NCBI GenBank assembly: GCA_052168235.1
Contig: JBQLZK010000017.1
Location: 32,001-96,000 of the forward strand
Reading direction: 5' to 3'
Source: Thainema sp.
Lineage (GTDB): Bacteria; Cyanobacteriota; Cyanobacteriia; Phormidesmidales; Phormidesmidaceae
DNA: 64,000 nucleotides
A model generated the notes under the pieces. The model did not search any database. It saw only the letters and a list, made by a program, of their open reading frames with translations, and was not told where the DNA came from. The first letter of the stretch is position 1; each line of letters opens with the position of its first letter. This document shows, one piece after another, positions 60,600-64,000 of this stretch. Made by a program: the position numbers and the translations under genes.

Positions 60600-61661
60600 A
60601 TGTCTCTCAATACCTTGACTGATCTATCTCCCAATCAAGTCGATCACTATTTCCCCCGCGCTACTCAGCGGCAACATGTGGTCAAACTGTCTCGCCGGGT
60701 AGGCTTCACGCGGCGCAGAGCGGAATGTTTTGTGCGGCTGATTGCCTACCTGATGCTGAAATCACTTGATGAACAGGGGCAAGCCCTACCTGATTCCATC
60801 ACAGAACTGACGGCACCAAATGACTATGTTTCTTGTACGTTGCGAGAAGCATTTGAACTGTTCTATGGGGATAGCGATCGCGGCAGTGAACGGTCAGCCG
60901 GAATGATGCTGGATGAACTGGTGAAGCTGGGCGTTATCGACAAGCAGTTTGATGGGAACACACTCTGCATTAAGATCCGCTCTTTACCGCAGTCATTTGA
61001 ATCGGCGGATGAGTCGGCTGCAGCCAATGAACCACTCCGATTTGCACCGGATGACTTTAATCCCAATACCGATGCAGTGTTAGTATCGCGATTTTTGGCT
61101 ACCAACTACAACTGGATGAATGCCAGTGCAAAAGCTGTCCCAGCTAAGATTGCCCGCCTGTTGCGCAAATGGTCACGGGAATATGCTAAGGGCATTCGGG
61201 TGTTGCGGCGAATGGATAATCAACAGCCCGTGGGCTGCTACATTCTGTTTCCGGTTGCGGCTGAATCAGAAGACAATTTCTGTCTGCCGCCGAGCCGGGG
61301 GTTACACCTCAGCACAAATGCCGTGGATGACCCCTTTCAAATGGCGCAGCCGGGAGATCTGACCTGTACGGCACTGCTAGTTCGCAGCATCATGATTGAC
61401 CGTCCCTATATGCAGCCCGAGGCGCTGCGAATCATTTTGGAAGACGGCAAGCAATGCATGCTGTCCATCCGAGAGGATTTCCCTAATGTCTGCGACCTCT
61501 ACGGTTTGACGATTCATCCTATGTATGAGGAACTCGCGCGCGTCACGGGCTTCCAGAAAATCGACACTGACCCCCACCTATCGATCCACTGGATTTATCA
61601 AGCTCTCGATCATTATTTGCAGCTTGATGTGGCTCAAGCCGTTACCCAGTTGAAGCTGTGA
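60600..61661 (+). CDS. Conserved hypothetical protein (putative winged helix plus GNAT-like domain)
   Basis: N-terminal ...SERSAGMMLDELVKLGVIDKQFDG helix-wing pattern; C-terminal VG.YILFP..IDRPY..TGFQK pattern. Confidence 0.7.
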   Translation: MSLNTLTDLSPNQVDHYFPRATQRQHVVKLSRRVGFTRRRAECFVRLIAYLMLKSLDEQGQALPDSITELTAPNDYVSCTLREAFELFYGDSDRGSERSAGMMLDELVKLGVIDKQFDGNTLCIKIRSLPQSFESADESAAANEPLRFAPDDFNPNTDAVLVSRFLATNYNWMNASAKAVPAKIARLLRKWSREYAKGIRVLRRMDNQQPVGCYILFPVAAESEDNFCLPPSRGLHLSTNAVDDPFQMAQPGDLTCTALLVRSIMIDRPYMQPEALRIILEDGKQCMLSIREDFPNVCDLYGLTIHPMYEELARVTGFQKIDTDPHLSIHWIYQALDHYLQLDVAQAVTQLKL

Positions 61662-61735
61662 TCTTAACTGGAATCACCATAAATGATGGGTCTTCGACCG
61701 GATTTGACATAAGGAACAGCAAGTGACCCAACAAT

Positions 61736-61774
61736 TGGGGATAGAAATCTCGCCAGGCGGGGTTTCTATCCCCA
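61736..61774. terminator. Hairpin between convergent genes
   Basis: tggggatagaaa...tttctatcccca. Confidence 0.6.
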
Positions 61775-61818
61775 GTTATTCTCTGGCTTTGAGCCCATTC
61801 GTGCTAGATATAGCCTGC

Positions 61819-62499
61819 CTAAATGGGCAATAGCCGTTCGATATCGAGATTAGAGGCAACTTGGGCTAGTTTGCTTAAATCAGTGGGGTCACTGAGGTGA
61901 GGAATACAGCCCAGCACAGGAACTTGGGTCAGTTTTTGGATGAGATTTTTCGGTGCCCACTGATCAATTTCAGCTTGCGATCGCACTTCCGTACAATTTA
62001 AGACCAGTCCCCGCAGATGAATGCGAGATTGGCGAGCGAGAGCAACATTGGCAACCGCTTGGGAAATACACCCTAGACGCACGGGTACAACCAGAACAAC
62101 CGGAATCCGCCAGTCCCAGGCCCAGTCCGCAACAGTGGTTTCGCGCGTAACTGGAGAGCCAAGACCACCAAGTGACTCAACTAGGACAAAATCACGCTCC
62201 CGCTGAAGAGCTTCAAACGTTCGCCAGACCTTTTCGAGATCCACAGATTTACCTGCTTTTTCGGCAGCGAGAGGTGGAGCCAGTGGTGCGTCAAAGGCCA
62301 CGGGAGTAATTTGCTCAGAGGTCTGCGCCAAATCAAACAGATCGAGATACAGTTCGCGATCGCCCAATCCAGACTGGATCGGTTTCATCAGTCCCAGAGA
62401 TCGATCGGTGCAGTAGGTTTGCCAGTAGGCGACCAGGGCCGAGGTCAATACAGTTTTGCCCACTTCGGTATCGGTACCTGCAATCAAAAGTGCCTTCAC
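61819..62499 (-). CDS. bioD: Dethiobiotin synthase
   Basis: IAGTDTEVGKT, KPIQSG, VESLGGLGSP and LGCISQ motifs; GTG 62499 follows the kinase stop. Confidence 0.92.
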   Translation of the reverse strand: MKALLIAGTDTEVGKTVLTSALVAYWQTYCTDRSLGLMKPIQSGLGDRELYLDLFDLAQTSEQITPVAFDAPLAPPLAAEKAGKSVDLEKVWRTFEALQRERDFVLVESLGGLGSPVTRETTVADWAWDWRIPVVLVVPVRLGCISQAVANVALARQSRIHLRGLVLNCTEVRSQAEIDQWAPKNLIQKLTQVPVLGCIPHLSDPTDLSKLAQVASNLDIERLLPI

Positions 62500-62503
62500 G
62501 CTG

Positions 62504-64000
62504 CTACTCCACACTGCCGTTAATCACGCTTATTTCTAATGTATAGTTCGCTGGCCCTTCTGAGAAAACATCGATCTGATAATCACCGCTGCGCGTCAGT
62601 TCTGACTGCCAGAAAATGATGCGGCGGGCGTTTTCCACGGGGTTACCATTGGGATAGCGCACGGTGAAAGAAGCGGCACCTTCTAGAATTTCGGCACTCA
62701 TAATCTGTCCGGCCTGAGCATTGACTAAATACCGCTGAATGATGCCAGTATCCGTGCGACCAAAAACGGTCGTGCCCGTGCTGTCCTCTGGAAACTGCAC
62801 CCGTTCTTCGATGATTTCAGGCTCAATGGGAGTCGGTTCAGGAGTAGGCGTTTCCGTCGGAGTAGGACTAGGCTCCGGTGCGGCTTCTACGGTCAGCTCC
62901 AGGCGATAGTCGCTTTCGGCTAGGCCCTGCACTGGACGGAGCTGGACGGTGTATTGACCGCTAAAGTTGAGCGGCCCTTGCCAGCGCAGCACTCGCTCTG
63001 CGTCGCTGCTCACCACTTCGCCGTTCGGTGCAATCAGGGTCAGCAGCACTCCTTCACCCCGCAGTTGGGCATTGAGCGACTGATCCTGCTCGGCCTCAAA
63101 GCGATAGTTAATGGTTTCATTCGCCTGTAGCGTGCCGTCAAATTCGCGGGTCACGCCGGGCTGGAGCTCAATCCGCTGGCTATACTCCACTGGCTCTGTC
63201 TCGGTGGGCGTTGGAGATGGCGTTTCGGTCGGGGTTTCAGTCACCGTTTCCGTTGGTGTTGGGCTGGCTGTATCCGATGAGTTTAGCGATCGCACAATGG
63301 CCCATGAGCCAAATCCGGCTGCGATCGCAAGTAGAATTCCCACCAGCGCAATCACCCAAGGATTATCCCACATGCTTTCTTCGGCAGAATAGGCGGGTTG
63401 CGTAGCAGAGGGTGGACGTTGTGGATGATTAGGTCGTGGATTGGGACGCTCATCAGGACGGCGACCTACAGCAACCGTGTTCATCTGGGATACGTTGTCT
63501 GGGCGAGGCGCAGGTGCTGGCGTTGGCTGCGATTGGGGCGCAACCGGATTGGGCATTGCCGTGGGCGGCATGGCGGAACCGTCCTGCAAATCCTGTGCCA
63601 TTTCCCGCACCGACTGGTAGCGATCGCCGGGACGGTAGCTGAGCGCTTTGTTCAATACCTGAGCCAGGTGTGGCCCCACGTTGACCCACTGCTGCCAGCG
63701 CCAGGTGCTGTTGTGGTCGTCATAAAGCTGCTGGGGCTCGCGCCCGGTCAGCAGCACGATAGCGGTAACAGCCAAAGAATAGAGATCGCTACTGGGATAG
63801 GCGTTGCCCGTCTGCATTTGTTCGCTGGGCGCATAGCCAAATTTGCCAACGGTGGTGGCCTGCACTTCGGTATCCAGCTGGAGGCGGGTGACGACTTCTT
63901 TCACGACGCCAAAGTCAATCAGCACAGGCTGCTGATCCATCTGTCGCAGAATGATGTTGTCCGGCGTAATGTCGCGATGAATAATATTTTTGCTGTGGAT
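62504..64000 (-). CDS. Ser/Thr protein kinase with TM and two extracellular beta-repeat domains (5' end outside window)
   Basis: IIHRDITPDNII at the window edge; LIDFG, GYAPSEQ and SDLYSL; single TM; Pro/Thr linkers. Confidence 0.92.
   Translation of the reverse strand: MHSKNIIHRDITPDNIILRQMDQQPVLIDFGVVKEVVTRLQLDTEVQATTVGKFGYAPSEQMQTGNAYPSSDLYSLAVTAIVLLTGREPQQLYDDHNSTWRWQQWVNVGPHLAQVLNKALSYRPGDRYQSVREMAQDLQDGSAMPPTAMPNPVAPQSQPTPAPAPRPDNVSQMNTVAVGRRPDERPNPRPNHPQRPPSATQPAYSAEESMWDNPWVIALVGILLAIAAGFGSWAIVRSLNSSDTASPTPTETVTETPTETPSPTPTETEPVEYSQRIELQPGVTREFDGTLQANETINYRFEAEQDQSLNAQLRGEGVLLTLIAPNGEVVSSDAERVLRWQGPLNFSGQYTVQLRPVQGLAESDYRLELTVEAAPEPSPTPTETPTPEPTPIEPEIIEERVQFPEDSTGTTVFGRTDTGIIQRYLVNAQAGQIMSAEILEGAASFTVRYPNGNPVENARRIIFWQSELTRSGDYQIDVFSEGPANYTLEISVINGSVE

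Overview
This is a cyanobacterial chromosome segment. Evidence: dense HIP1 GCGATCGC (mostly as TGCGATCGCA), ndhAIGE, apcD, tocopherol genes and a HetZ-related gene; it is probably a filamentous Leptolyngbya-like strain (inference). Most of it is housekeeping: ndhA-I-G-E, a DinG-like helicase, acnA, dihydropyrimidinase, larC, a Sua5/YciO protein, apcD/rlmD, folP, hpt/vte4, bioD and a Ser/Thr kinase. It also holds a ~20 kb phosphonate (C-P lyase) region: phnGH-GNAT-phnI-LMW phosphatase-phnJKL-phnM-phnM2-phnZ, divergent phnF, an intervening MASE1 two-component cassette and two tandem PhnCDE-type ABC transporters. Candidate SphR Pho boxes and a shared 17-bp candidate PhnF operator sit at both phn promoters. 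An AT-rich accessory patch (12.1-16.9 kb) carries orphans, an apparently chimeric VapB/VapC pair and a Uma2 nuclease. The main non-coding signals are a decayed group II intron 3' end with a MITE inserted between domains V and VI, five unrelated ~90-105 bp MITE-like elements with a shared hairpin architecture, GTAG-type REPs, heptamer repeats inside phnI and larC, and a 10-bp-phased TGAAG array between a LuxR-type gene and a putative wHTH-GNAT gene. No rRNA, tRNA or CRISPR array was seen. All product calls come from recognising motifs by eye, with no database search.
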